Part shown: positions 35,473 through 47,365 of the stretch, in pieces
Layout: every line of letters starts with the position of its first letter
How positions within the stretch are numbered: the first letter of the stretch is position 1
Assembly (NCBI GenBank): GCA_907165135.1
Contig: OU015566.1
Coordinates: 13,330,001-13,394,000 of the forward strand
Length of the DNA stretch: 64,000 nucleotides
Source of the DNA: Oikopleura dioica
Taxonomy: Eukaryota > Animalia > Chordata
Direction of reading: 5' to 3'
Notes under the pieces: model-generated
Told to the model about the DNA's origin: nothing
The model's database searches: none
What the model saw: the letters and a program-made list of their open reading frames with translations, nothing else
Program-made: the position numbers and the translations under genes

Positions 35473-37743
35473 CTAATTGTACTTTTGCTTATTCTTCTTC
35501 GGCTTTGAGTAAGCTTGAACCCAGAAATCAGCGAATAGGTAGAGAAAGAGGATTCCATAGAGTGTGATCGTCAATTTGAATGGACCTGGGTAGCTGCAAT
35601 TCGGAAAGCGGACCATGATGTTTGCGATGTGAATGAGAATGATGGCGAATTGGCTCTGATAGAGGTTTAACACTTTGTAAGAAAGCTACCATGGAGTTGA
35701 ACGCTTTAGGGAGAAGGCCTCCGATCCGCTTCCCCGTTTCCCGCGCAGATCACTCTCGGGGAAGTCTAGAAATTTTCCTTAGCGCCTGGTTTGCGCTTGA
35801 GGAGAATCTCGAGATTCTGAAGATGTCAATCTCGAGATTTTCTGATGTTTTGGCCAATCAGAGAGCCGACAAGGGTTTTTGCAATGACTAGGTGCTCTTG
35901 CCGCGAAATTGCGCGCGCTCCAGATCGAGCGACGCTCAGGGCCAGCGTCGCTCAGATTCTCCAATCTCCCTTTAGAGCTCAACTCCATGGTAACTCTTTT
36001 TACCATTTGGAGAGTAGTGACGTACTTCTTCCACCAAAGATACTTTTTGTACTCTGCTCCCAACGCACTCAACCCGTAATAAGAGTACATGATATCATGC
36101 ACAAAGCAGTTGATCCAAGCGTGGAAAGTACCAAGCAGGGCGGTCTAATTTGCATTCTTGTAAATAATCTCGAAAATTTGCGAGATTAATCTTCTTTGGA
36201 AAAAGATTCTGAGATTAGTCAAGACTGGACTAGTTTCGAGATTAATCTTTTTAGCGAGGGTCGCGTGGCTCGGGGGAAAAATTTGGGTGGCGCTGGCGAG
36301 CTGTGAGCAGTGCGAGGCGGCGCGGACAAAATTTCAAGCTGCGCTCCAAGCATGTTTGAGTTTCATTTTTCTCTCGCGCCGTCGGCCATTGGTCCACCAA
36401 TCACAGCGCGCGTTTCAAGATTATTTGAAATAATCTCGGAACTATTTCGAAAATTTCCCGAGTTAATCTTTTTTATTCAAACAGACTAATCTCGCGTCGA
36501 GATTAATCTTATAAGAATAAATGAATAGTCTTCGGAAAAAAGACTATTTACAAGAATGCAAATTAGACCGCCCTGGTACCAAGTCCGCCAGGTGAAATTT
36601 TCACTCCCCACCACCACTGCGCCATCGAAAAATGATGCACTACATGCAGGGTCGATACTTGATTCCATTTTTTCTTCAAAATGCAAAAATACTTAAAAAG
36701 TTATCGTCAAATTTCGGAAGATCAATGCTTTGCAGGTACCGTATCCAAAAATTCTATATGCTTGGAAATCCAGAAAACCCAACAGACTCTCATCATCCTC
36801 TCATTACCAGGTGCATCTCTACTGTACTCCTCGCATTCGAAAGAATAGCCATTCCACCAACCAGCCGCGCCAAACTAGAAATTATAAAGAAAAAATTTAT
36901 CAAATTTCTCACTTCATAAAACATCCATCCAGATAGTGCAACTAGGGCAGGGCGGTCTTATTTGCATAATGCATGAAAATAATCTTTTTTCCGAAGACTA
37001 TTCATTTATTCTTCTTAGATTAATCTCGAGGCGAGATTAGTCTAAATGAATAAAAAAGATTAATTTTGGGAATTTTCGGAAAAATTCCGAGATTATTTCA
37101 AATAATCTCGAAGCGCGGCTGTGACTGGTCGACCAATGGCCGATGGCGCTGATTTTAAACATGCTTGGAGCGCAGCCCAGGGCTGTTGATTCCGAGTCCT
37201 TTCAGATAACCCGCGACTAAAAAAGCCATTTAGGTGTATATTAATCTCACAAAAATATTTTAACCTATTAAAAGGCAGTCCGAGTAATTATTGTAAAGCG
37301 TAAAAACGCGTAAAAACTTGCGGGTTACACGGAAAAAAGTCGCGGGTAATTTGAAAGGACTCGAAATCGACAGCCCTGGCGCAGCCTAAAAAGAAACTAG
37401 TCCATTCCTGAATAATCTCACAATCTTTTTCCAAAAAAGATTTTCGTAAATTTTCGAGATTATTTTCAAGAATGCAAATAAGACCGCCCTGAACTAGGGC
37501 CATATTGTACAGAAAAAGTATTTTTCGAAGTTCGAAGGGCTTTCTGTTCTTCATAAACGATGGACCGGCATAATACACGATAAAGAGATACAGTAACGCC
37601 GACATTGTATTCCAAAACGGGTTATCCATCAGGGGGTAGTTTTGTACTCGCGGGTCTAACAAATACGATTCACTGGATATTTTAATGACTATACCTGCGT
37701 GTGAGAGTGCCTCTTCATACTTCGATTTCAAAAAGTCGATCAT
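35473..37743 (-). CDS. ELOVL: Very-long-chain fatty acid elongase, copy 1; two exons interrupted by hAT MITEs (functional status uncertain)
   Basis: [34 protein letters not shown] and a basic C-terminal tail. No stop or frameshift is seen once the insertions at 36136-36575 and 36948-37491 are removed. Confidence 0.8.
35689..35990. mobile_element. MITE (302 bp) in the last intron of ELOVL copy 1
   Basis: Imperfect TIR CCATGGAGTTGA.C.CT..AGGGAGA at both ends, flanked by TA (35687-35688, 35991-35992). Confidence 0.75.
36136..36575. mobile_element. hAT-type MITE (440 bp) inserted in an ELOVL exon
   Basis: Perfect TIR CAGGGCGGTCTAATTTGCATTCTTG; 8-bp TSD GTACCAAG (36128-36135, 36576-36583). Removal restores SPGGLGTFHAW. 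Confidence 0.92.
36948..37491. mobile_element. hAT-type MITE (544 bp), same family as 36136-36575 in opposite orientation, inserted in an ELOVL exon
   Basis: 20-bp TIR CAGGGCGGTCTTATTTGCAT; 8-bp TSD AACTAGGG (36940-36947, 37492-37499). Removal restores [15 protein letters not shown]. Confidence 0.92.
37178..37378. mobile_element. Nested hAT-type MITE (201 bp) inside 36948-37491
   Basis: TIR CAGGGCTGT.GATT.CGAGTCCTTT; 8-bp TSD GCGCAGCC (37170-37177, 37379-37386). Confidence 0.88.
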
Positions 37744-38064
37744 GCTCTTGCATCAATATTAAACCCTTTTATTATGTAAAGCCCTTTACCTAAGGCACGA
37801 GCGTTTCCTGTTCAGAAAAAGAAACAAAATATCGCAGCCTGAAATTACTGAACTTCCACTGGACCGTAGTCAAGGACCTTGACTCAAGGTGCCTAAAGAG
37901 ACAAGAACGTATCATTTGTTTAGAATAATGAAAAAGTGATATCTCGAACTTTCTTCAGGCAGCGCCACCGATATCGTCACTGATTTATCAAAAATTGCGC
38001 CTCTTTGGGCTCAGGCGCGCTATTATTTTCAAACTTAGATCACACTGAAGTAATCAAGTCGTGC

Positions 38065-38071
38065 TATAAAA
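38065..38071 (+). promoter_or_regulatory. TATA box of secreted peptide gene 38134-38430
   Basis: TATAAAA 69 nt upstream of the ATG. Confidence 0.55.
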
Positions 38072-38133
38072 AGGCCCCAGATCTCGTCTAACATCATCGG
38101 TCCCAACGAACAAGCAATTCTCAAGCATAAAAA

Positions 38134-38430
38134 ATGAAAATCATCGTTGCTCTCACACTCTTCTTTTCTTTCGCATCAGCGACACTCAAAGGCATTTTGA
38201 TCAACAAGACAACTAACCACCTGATGGACCACAACACCAATCGACACCGTTCCAGCGGCGTCCCATCCCATCTCGACCAAATCTGTCAATTCTGGCTGGA
38301 CCAAGCAACTTCCAACCGAGCAAAACTCGCTGCCTACGAAAAATGCGCAAAACTCGTCCAAAGTCCGAAACTCCAAAAGCCACAAGCTAGCTTCAGACGA
38401 AACATCTACCGACGCAGAATGCTTCAATAA
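38134..38430 (+). CDS. Intronless 98-aa secreted cationic peptide with two cysteines
   Basis: Signal peptide MKIIVALTLFFSFASA; paralog of 9981-10274; shares a 17-nt 3' UTR motif with it. Confidence 0.8.
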   Translation: MKIIVALTLFFSFASATLKGILINKTTNHLMDHNTNRHRSSGVPSHLDQICQFWLDQATSNRAKLAAYEKCAKLVQSPKLQKPQASFRRNIYRRRMLQ

Positions 38431-38831
38431 AGACCTTTATCCTGATAAATCATTATCAAAGTTTCTGTTCTCCCTGGCTTTCTGCCCTGGCTCTTCCTTG
38501 ATTGCAATAAAATACAAAAATCACAAAATTCAGGAGTAGACAGAAGACTGCACTGTAGCTAACAGTTTCCTTCCCAGAGACAAATTTTGATAATATAAAT
38601 AAATTTATTCATTTGCAGAGAAGGAATTGGATACTTTGTGAATTGGAAGATTGAGCGGCTTTTGAAGAATATGAATTTTAATAATCGTGAAAAGATACAA
38701 TAGCATAACACTAGTAACTGATAGTAACTGCACAGTAAAATAGTCTAAACCGGAAAAGGAGAAGGTCGTGAAGAATAATTTGCGAAGTGTTTAAGATATG
38801 TCTTCATTCTTGAGTCATTTTTTCAAACATA

Positions 38832-40630
38832 CAGTGATAACCCATTTTAAGGCCGGCCCTTTTAAGGCCACTTTTTCGGAAAATCCCCAAAATCTGTCAT
38901 CCTCAAAAAATCCATTTTAAGGCCACTTTCTTTCGATTTTTATTCGAAATCCGAAAATTGCAGTATTACTGAAAAAGGCTTTTTTTATCTTCGACTGCGT
39001 GATGCCTCGTGGTTTTAGCTTTATTTTTCTTGTTTGGTACTCTTCGACGATTTTTTCTCGAATTTTTCAATTGACGATGATTTCTTACGGTCCTGTTTGA
39101 ATTTACACTAAGATTTTGAGTCCAATAGTTTCAATCTATCACTATATAGGCGTGCAAAAATACGCAGAGGAATGTCTTTCGAAAAATCTCAGTGATTGTC
39201 TTCACAACACTATTCTTTGACGTCTTCATTCGAATCTCTTTACATCTTTTTTTCTAAGCATTTGTCATGTTGATCCTTTTTCAGACGTGTTTTTAGAATG
39301 GTCGAGAAAAATATAATTTTCACCAAAATTTCCAAACTTATTTTTTTGTTTTCTCTATACTCTAGATGTGTTCTAGAGGTCCTAAAACCCCCCTTTCGCC
39401 AGAAAAAACCACGTGAAGCAAAGAAAAAAAATCGATTTTTTCGACTCGAAAACTCGAAAATCGGAAATTTTCACCAGCCCATTACTCATCGTTATCGATG
39501 AGTAAGCATGATGAATCATACCTCATTGGATAGCTCAGAGTCTGAACTTGTACGGACCGTCGAGAAACCGGTGCGGACTTCAACCGGTTGGTCACACGGT
39601 AAGGCTGAAAGTTGGTCAATTTTTCGAAATTTCGAAAAATGCCCATCTTCAAGCGATGATTACTCATACTTCCTGATGACTAATTTTGGCCAGTATATAG
39701 CCACTTATGGTCAACTTTGGTCAAGTTCGGCCGGAGGACCCCGGAGGACCTCCCTGGTGGAAGACCATCCGCTGGAAGACCAATATTTAGAATTTCAATA
39801 TATGGCTGTGCTCGGCCAATTTATGGCCACATATGGTCAACATTGGTCTAGTCAGGCCGGAGGTCCCCCGGAGGACCTCTATGGTGGAAGACAATCTGCA
39901 GGAAGACCAATGTTTAGAATTTCAATAGATTGCTGTGCTCGGGCAATTTATGGCCACCTATAGTCAATATTGGTCTAGTCAGGCTGTATTTTCAAAAGGT
40001 TAACTGATAAGAAGCTTAATATCTGTTCTTTCTAGAAAAAATACTAAACCGGTGCGGCAATAAATCGGTCGGTCGCAAGTGCCTGCGAAAAAAGTGTTGA
40101 TACTTCAAATTTCTGCAGAACAGACCACATTCAAATTAAGAAAATTTGCATTTATGAATTTTAATGCCTTGACCATGACCATTTATTGAAACAAAGGAAG
40201 CCAAAGCCATAGAATACAAAAAAAAAATTTCAAGCTTCAGTTCGTGAAAACCAAAAATGAGCAGTTGTGAAGACGATTTTTATAATTATTCGCATCCTGA
40301 ATCCATTTCATCCGACGATGAGCTCAATGAGAGAAATGATAGTAGACTTCATTCAATAGCCGCGGCTCGGAAGTTATTATTTTTGATATAATGAAAGAAA
40401 GAATCACTTTGAATTCAATTCAAAGGACACATTTGGGAAAAGGCCACGATTCAAACAATTTTCGGGCAAAAGAAATATGCGATAATTCTATGAACCCTCA
40501 TTCATCATTTTTTATCCCAAGAAAGGAAAAAATTTGTTGTCATCCGACTCGAGACAAAAAATATCCATTTTAAGGCCACTTTCGAAATTCGCTTTCATCC
40601 AAAAATCGGCCTTAAAATGGGTTTTCACTG
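38832..40630. mobile_element. Non-autonomous Tc1/mariner(pogo)-type element (1799 bp)
   Basis: TIR CAGTGA(T/A)AACCCATTTTAAGGCC with one mismatch; TA TSD (38830-38831, 40631-40632); internal copies of CCATTTTAAGGCCACTTT; no recognisable transposase. Confidence 0.8.
39688..39985. repeat. Diverged tandem repeat, about 126-bp unit, 2.4 copies
   Basis: Units starting GGCCA..TAT.GCCAC.TATGGTCAA at 39688, 39814 and 39941. Confidence 0.75.
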
Positions 40631-40762
40631 TAACTGTAGTAGAAAAATTCTAGATAGGCGTAAAAGTGAAGGAGGAATGAGAAAAGGTGAAAAGGATAAG
40701 ATTCAATTGGTCTAAAAACATTCTTGAAAAGGTGCTAAAGGGGAGTGATAAAGATAAGTGTT

Positions 40763-41796
40763 CTAGTTGCTCTTTGGCTTGATACTCTTGGGCTTGGAAT
40801 AAGCTTGGACCCAGAAGCCAGCAAAGAGGTAGAAAAATAGGATTCCGTAGAGCGCGATGATCATCTTGAACGGACCTGGATAGCTGCAACTTGGGAAGCG
40901 GATCATGATGTTTGCCATGTGACCGACGACGATGACGAATTGGGTCTGAATGAAGTTCACGTTGGGTATTGATTACTGCTCTTACCATTTGAAAGGTAGT
41001 GAGGTACTTCTTCCACCAAAGATATTTTCTGTATTCTGGTCCCAACGCACTCATTCCGTAATAGAAGTACATGACAAAATGCACCAGGCAGTTGACCCAA
41101 GCGTGGAAGGTACCCAATCCGCCGGGTGAAATTTTAACTCCCCACCACCAAGTGTAAGCCATCAAAGTGTGGTGCACCACGTGAAGGGTTGATACTTGAT
41201 TCCATTTTTGCTTCAAAATGAAAAAATACTAAAACGAAATAAATGATGTGAGTCAACATTGGTCATGGTACCGTGTCGAAGAATTCGATGTGTTTGGAAA
41301 TCCAAAAGACCCAAGAAACTCGGATCATCCTCTCGTTTACTGGGTCTTCCTTACTGTACTCTTCGCATTCGAAAGAATAGCCGTTCCACCAACCAGCAGC
41401 GCCGAACTAGAATTTTTCATCACTTAACTTCATAATTATTAATTATTTGATCTACCTCGTAAAACATCCATCCGGAAAGCGCAACAAGAGCCATGTTGTA
41501 AAGAAAAAGAAATCTGCGAAATTCGAAGGGCTTTCTGTTCTTCATGAACGATGGGCCGCCATAATACACGATATAAAGATACAGTAACACCGACACTGTA
41601 TTCCACAAGGGGTTATCCATCAGCGGGTATTTTGCAACTCGCGGATCTGAAATTTTTTGAGCACGAAAAAATTTTTTATGAAAATTTGCCTCAAGTGAAG
41701 TTTTTTAATTTCATCTTATAAAAATATCGAAAGAAAGGTGAGTTTACCTGCGTGCGAAAGTGCCTCTTCATATTTGGACCTCAAAAAGTCGATCAT
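40763..41796 (-). CDS. ELOVL: Very-long-chain fatty acid elongase, copy 2 (uninterrupted)
   Basis: [16 protein letters not shown] start, KHIEFFDT, LHVVHHTLM, NCLVHFVMYFYY, LTTFQM and a KPKSN-stop tail; same intron positions as copy 1. Confidence 0.92.
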
Positions 41797-43037
41797 CTTC
41801 TCGACTCAATTCGATTTCAATTCTGAAGTAGCTTCGAGTTAGTCATCGTCTGTAGGAATTTACAAGCAGTAATTCACTAATTGTTTTTGGCATGTCGCCT
41901 TAGTTACACGAATTTGCGAAAATAACTAGTCATTCTTGCAATCATAGAAGATATTTTTTCAAGAAAAGCATATTTCTATAAGTTCTACTGGTAGTTTCGC
42001 TCTGTATAATTTTCTCTATTATTTCCTCTGAAAACATCGAAAAAAAAGTAAAACGCCCTGGCCTCAATTGACAATAGCCGCTGCTTAATCATCTCAATTA
42101 GATTTTTTTATTGCTCCTCTTTTGTCTCTCTGAAAATTCGTAAAAACGCGCGCCGCAACTTTACGAAAATATAAAAAAAATCGTACGAGCTCATTTCAAA
42201 AATTCAACAACGAGTCAAATATTGAGCAACGGCATTTCCAACCAGAAATGACTCACGATTTAAACAAACGACCAAAAGTCATGCTCCCTACTTCGCTTTT
42301 TCTAACAGTGCAAACAAAGTTTTTATCTGCGAAGGAAGTTAGGTTTAATACCATTGTAATTGATCATAATAAGGAGTTTATGGCATCCTAAGATAAGCTA
42401 TTCGAGAAAGATTACGAGTTGTTATGAAAATTTACCGGTTTTTGAGACTACTTCCATCAATTCTCGTCAGAAAACCGGGCATATGTTCACATAACAGAGC
42501 GTAAGCGCAAATGTGTTTTGATGAGGGAAATCGTATGCGATTCTCAGCTGTATTCTAAGAGCAAATGGCTCTTTACGCAGGCTCGATAATTGAGCTTTTC
42601 AATCAAATAGAAACTTGTTTGTTTTCATAAGGTATGGTAAGAGTAACGCTGTTCCAACTGAATGCAACGAGAAAATGACGGCGAAACGAACTGAACTTTT
42701 AATCAAATAGGCTATTTGAAATAGCTCATCTCCGATTGATTCTGAATCATGTAAGACCAAGTAAGAGACTAATTGTTTTCTATTTTCAAAGTGGCCTAAG
42801 AGTTTAATTAATTCAGTGGTTTGACAAAAGACTATTCAATTTCACACCTGAGTTCTGATAAATACCAAGCTGCTCCCGACAAAACTCACCGGCTTTCTGA
42901 TTATTGATAATACATAATCTTGGATAAGAAATCAAAATAATTGAAGATAAACTTTTCAATCAACTTAAGTAAGTTCACTATTGATGCGAATAAAAGAACA
43001 TTGATTTCTCCCGGATAAATAACAGTTTATTAATCGA

Positions 43038-46000
43038 TTACTCATCATCAGGGTTACATACATCAGCTACAGTGCTAGTACCAGCGCCATTGCCTTCTTC
43101 CGTTCTGTTGTCTTTCGAAAAATGTTCTCCAATCGACATTCCAAGCAGCGGTCTAAGAGTCTTCTTTAGCGAGTGGAATAGATGCGGGTGGAGAATCTCC
43201 TGCTGCGCTAGAAGCTGCTTCATTCGGTTTCGCTCTTTTGGCTCAGAGAAACAAGCAGGGCAGTTTTCTGGAATCACAGGCAGCTAAAGATAAAAGTTCT
43301 CATCCTTGATTCCAATTTTGGTTAATCAAACCTTGTTGCTCTCGGCAAAGGCCCTTGTTTCCGTTTCACGAACAAATGCAAGCGGCCTTATGACGCGCAA
43401 ATCCCCGGCTTTTACTGTATAATTCGCTTTCATCGTGAATAACTGAGAGTTGTGAAATGCCGACATAAGAAAGCTCTCCGCACAATCGTCCAAATGTTGT
43501 CTAAAGACAGTGTAATCTTTATATTATAAAGTTTATAATGTCTCTAATCTATGAGAATCAGAACTAATTTCTGTCAGATAAATTATTGTGGACCCGTTAT
43601 CTTGCGACTTAATTGTTAGATAGACATCATTCTACCTTTTTTAGACTCGTTAATTTGTTTTGCTCGAAAGTAATTGCGCGATAAATCTGATCAAATACGT
43701 TGATATTTCTATGATTATCGCAATTAAAACTTATGTAAAAAAGCATGAGAATAAAAGACTCACCCAAGCGCTAGAACATTCCATTTGCCTTCCCTCATCG
43801 CCGAGTACATGATTCCTCTTTTCATTCGACTACAGTAGCTGCAGATCGATCTCAAATCCGGCAGCTTCTGTGCGTTTGCAAAAATTGGCTCTTCTTTGTA
43901 AATGTATTCTACTCCCAATTCTTCCATATATTCAATCAGCGAGGAAGGATCGTAAGATGCCACTTGTGGGTCTACTGTCAACGCACCAACGGTAAAGTCC
44001 ATCTTCCTAAAAAAATACGCGTCACGGACTTCTACAAATACACGGTCTAATGCTTTCTTTGAAAAATATATTGAGAATCTCAATTTGAAATCGATAAGTA
44101 TCTATCTGGATTATATCAAAAAATAAGTGAGACGAATAGAGAAAACGTGATGAAATACGACATTCAAAGAATAGACTCCTCTAATTCACGCCTCAGTGTA
44201 TTTTTAATAAAAAGTCAAATTAAAATATTCAAAACTCACAACGTATGTCTCGCGATATGACGATATTGCAACAACGCGTGAATCAGCGTCATCGAGTCTT
44301 TTCCCCCCGAGAGTCCGACAATAACTCGGTCTCCGTTTTTGATCATTTCGAATTCTTCGATCGCGTCACCGACTTTTCGCATCAGCACTTTTGGCGGATG
44401 AATCGGTCGCCGCTTCTTTCGTTTTTCGCCATTTGACGCGCCATTTTCTACTTTTTCAGAGTTCAACACTGCTCAGAAATATAACTCAAAGAAAATCGAA
44501 CCTTTTAACCCTTTCCTTTAGCTTTCTTCTTCCTGGGCAGCAAGCAAGGAACACAGACATCATCTGTGCATTCTTGCTCTTCAACTTTTTCATTCTTTCG
44601 CTTCTCCGCATTTTTAGTCTTTTCCTTCTTTAGCTCATTTTTCTTCTCCGGCTCGGCTTTTATCACCGACTTCGACCAGCTGGACACTTTTTTCAATTTT
44701 TCCACCAACTTGGAGTCGAGCTCATATGACTCGTAATTATTCTAAATCATCAAATGATCAGAGATTTTAAGGCCTTTTACCTTTGGAATAGATTTTCGGA
44801 CAACAAATGGCGATTTCTTCAAGTTATCAAAAAGTTTATTCTTCCTCAGCAAGTCCCGCGCCTCTGAAGGCAACAAAAACCACCTGAGCTCATGCGCCTC
44901 TCCTTGGAAACCAGTGCTTTGGTCCGATTGACCAGCTTTTGGTCGGTTTTTCTGAGCAATCTTCTCCGCTGCTTCGAGCGCTTCTTTGAGCGTCTTGCAA
45001 TCTGTTCCGTTTATTTTATTCGCGTCAGTAGGTTCTTTCACTTCCACACCGCTTTTCGAGAAGCGGATGTCGCCGAGCCAGCGACGATCGGAGTACGAGA
45101 GGTTCAGGGAGTGTTTCCATTCGCCGGTTTCGCAGTCGAAGACGTAGTGGCTCAGTAGCTTCCAGCCGTGTTCTGCAACCCATTTTATGGACTAAAGATT
45201 GGTTAGGGCAATCATTCAAGTTTAAAACCGGGAAGGTTAGTGATGGCTGTAGAAGTGTACCTGTAAAACTTCATCAACAAGTGAGTCTTCAAAGAAATAC
45301 GGCAACGAAAATCTGACGAATCCTGGCCGAAGAATTTCAAACTCTGACGATTCCCTTGCCCTTCTTAAATGAATTCTGTCCAGCCGCGAGTCCTCCAAGA
45401 GAATCTTTTCAAATCTCTGCACCAAAGACGAGTCTTTCTCCGTTCTCATGCCGATCAGTTCCATTCCATAAGGGCCAGCGCAAACGCAGCCGCCGCGCAC
45501 TTGAATTCCGAACAAGTCGTTTAGGAGGGCGGAGACGTAGTTGTAATGCAAGTACAGGTCGCTATCGGGGACGCGAATCATGAAGGAAAAGATTGGTAGG
45601 CGATCGGCGATCTCTCCAGCGAGAACTTCCAAGTTCGGGATAGAATTCAGGACGGAAAGGGCTTTCTTTGCAATTTCTTCTTCTCGCGAGAAAATAACAT
45701 CAGAACTAAAAGGATGATAATTATTGTTATTTCTCACTGCTCACCTGATTGATTCCTTGAGTTGCATGATCATGCCGCACCTGATTGATCCTACCAGATC
45801 TTCAGAGTGGATCAAAAGAACTCATCCTACGAGAAAGCGATCGAAAATTATAAAACAATAAATATTCGTCAGTGCAGATAGCCAATAAAATTCAATTATG
45901 GGCTGCTGCAGCCTTGTACCGTGTTTCTTTTCTTATTACAATAAAAATGAGCATTCTTTGATCCTGTCCTGGAGTGCCTGGTTCTTCCCGCTCTTCAGCC

Positions 46001-47145
46001 TCTGCCAGAAAACGATGGTTCTCTTGAGAGACCCAAAAGACAGTTCCGCCACCGCCGCCCCCGTGAGGAACTTTGTTTTTGAAAAGCTTTTTGGCTGCCA
46101 CTAGAATTCCAGGAGTGTTCACGCCGCCGGGGAACTTGTGTGGGGAGAAGAAAATTGCGTCTTTTGAAAGGGATGATAGGATTTCAAAGAATAATTATAT
46201 TTTTTGACTATTTAACTTTCTGGCACCCTCTTTATGACAGAAAAAAGTTTGAGCCTATATCTCGGTCTCCTAATTGCTAGAAAAATGAACATCCCTCGCC
46301 TTTGGAAGAGTTTGGCTCTTTCGGGTGCATGTCAATTTTAACATAGGGCGCAGCTGTTGCATAATCGAAAATCGCCAATCCATCGTATTTGTGCATGATT
46401 TGCGCGAGCTTGATTGTGTCCGACAAAATACCAGTAACATTGCTCGCCGCCGAAAAGCAACCGATCAAGGGAAGGCCAGTCGAGGACCATTTCTGAAGTT
46501 TGAAATCAAGCTCGTCGTAATCTGGCTGACCGAGCTGATTTTCGCGAATTCGCTCGACGTGGCAATTCGCGTTGAGCCACGGCAACTCGGCGGAATGGTG
46601 CTCCGATGGGCCGACGAAAACGACCGGCGGAGTTGATAGACCCATCGCGGAAATTAAAAGTTGAATGCCACCAGTTGAACCGCTCCCGGTGAAAATAACG
46701 GCGTCGTTTTCTGATGCTTTGAGAGCATTTCGAACAATTGTTCTTGCTTCGTGGCGGTAAAGGGTTGACTGCAAACCGGTGATCGAAGAAGTCGTGTGAG
46801 TGTTGGCATATGTTGGCAGAACCTGAAGATTTTTAAGTTGCATTGACTGCTCTTGCTAATCAAATCGAAATGAAGTCCGAGTAGGCTAGATCTAGTCTAG
46901 ATTACCTGTTGACTGATGAAATTTTCAATAAATTCTAGCGGCCTTCCTGAAGCAGTATGATCACAGTAGACGATGCTTCTTTTTCCGAACGCTGTAACGA
47001 AAGAATGATCCTTTCCGATTTCGTTTTCTCTGACGAGTTCGATGAGTTCTTCGGGAGTGGCGGAAGAATTCAGCGGCGGACGGGCCGAGTGATCGCGTTT
47101 CGGAAGAGTGTAAAAGTTACGATTCCCAAGCGACTCAGAATCCAT
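43038..47145 (-). CDS. Fusion of a class V aminotransferase/cysteine desulfurase domain and a TtcA-type PP-loop tRNA sulfurtransferase
   Basis: N-terminal half: [35 protein letters not shown] (PLP Lys), [11 protein letters not shown]-terminal half: [35 protein letters not shown]. An in-frame splice path links all exons, including a 47-nt GA-AG intron at 44515-44469. Confidence 0.85.
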
Positions 47146-47365
47146 CTATTTTTTGCTTCTTTTTAGTTAAAAATAGAGGAGAGAGCTTTTCAAAATTGCA
47201 CCGAGAGAGGGAATTATACAGGAAATTATTCAGAACGTTTTTGGGGAGCAGAAATAATAACAAGTTTGAAATTAAAGAGCGGAAATAAAAAAGCAACTGA
47301 ACAGTGAATTTCACGACTAAACTTAAAAATACCCTGAAGAAAATTATTCAGACGAAAAATTGGAT

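Noticed and set aside
39508-39963. 151-aa ORF with internal repeat
   Set aside because: It derives from the 126-bp tandem repeat inside a non-autonomous element; no domain is recognisable.
43038-44468. CTU1/Ncs6 call for the PP-loop domain
   Set aside because: No N- or C-terminal zinc-finger CxxC pairs are seen; motif layout (SGGKDS, CxxC, HLDD, IRPL, CxxC) fits TtcA better. Phylogeny is still needed.
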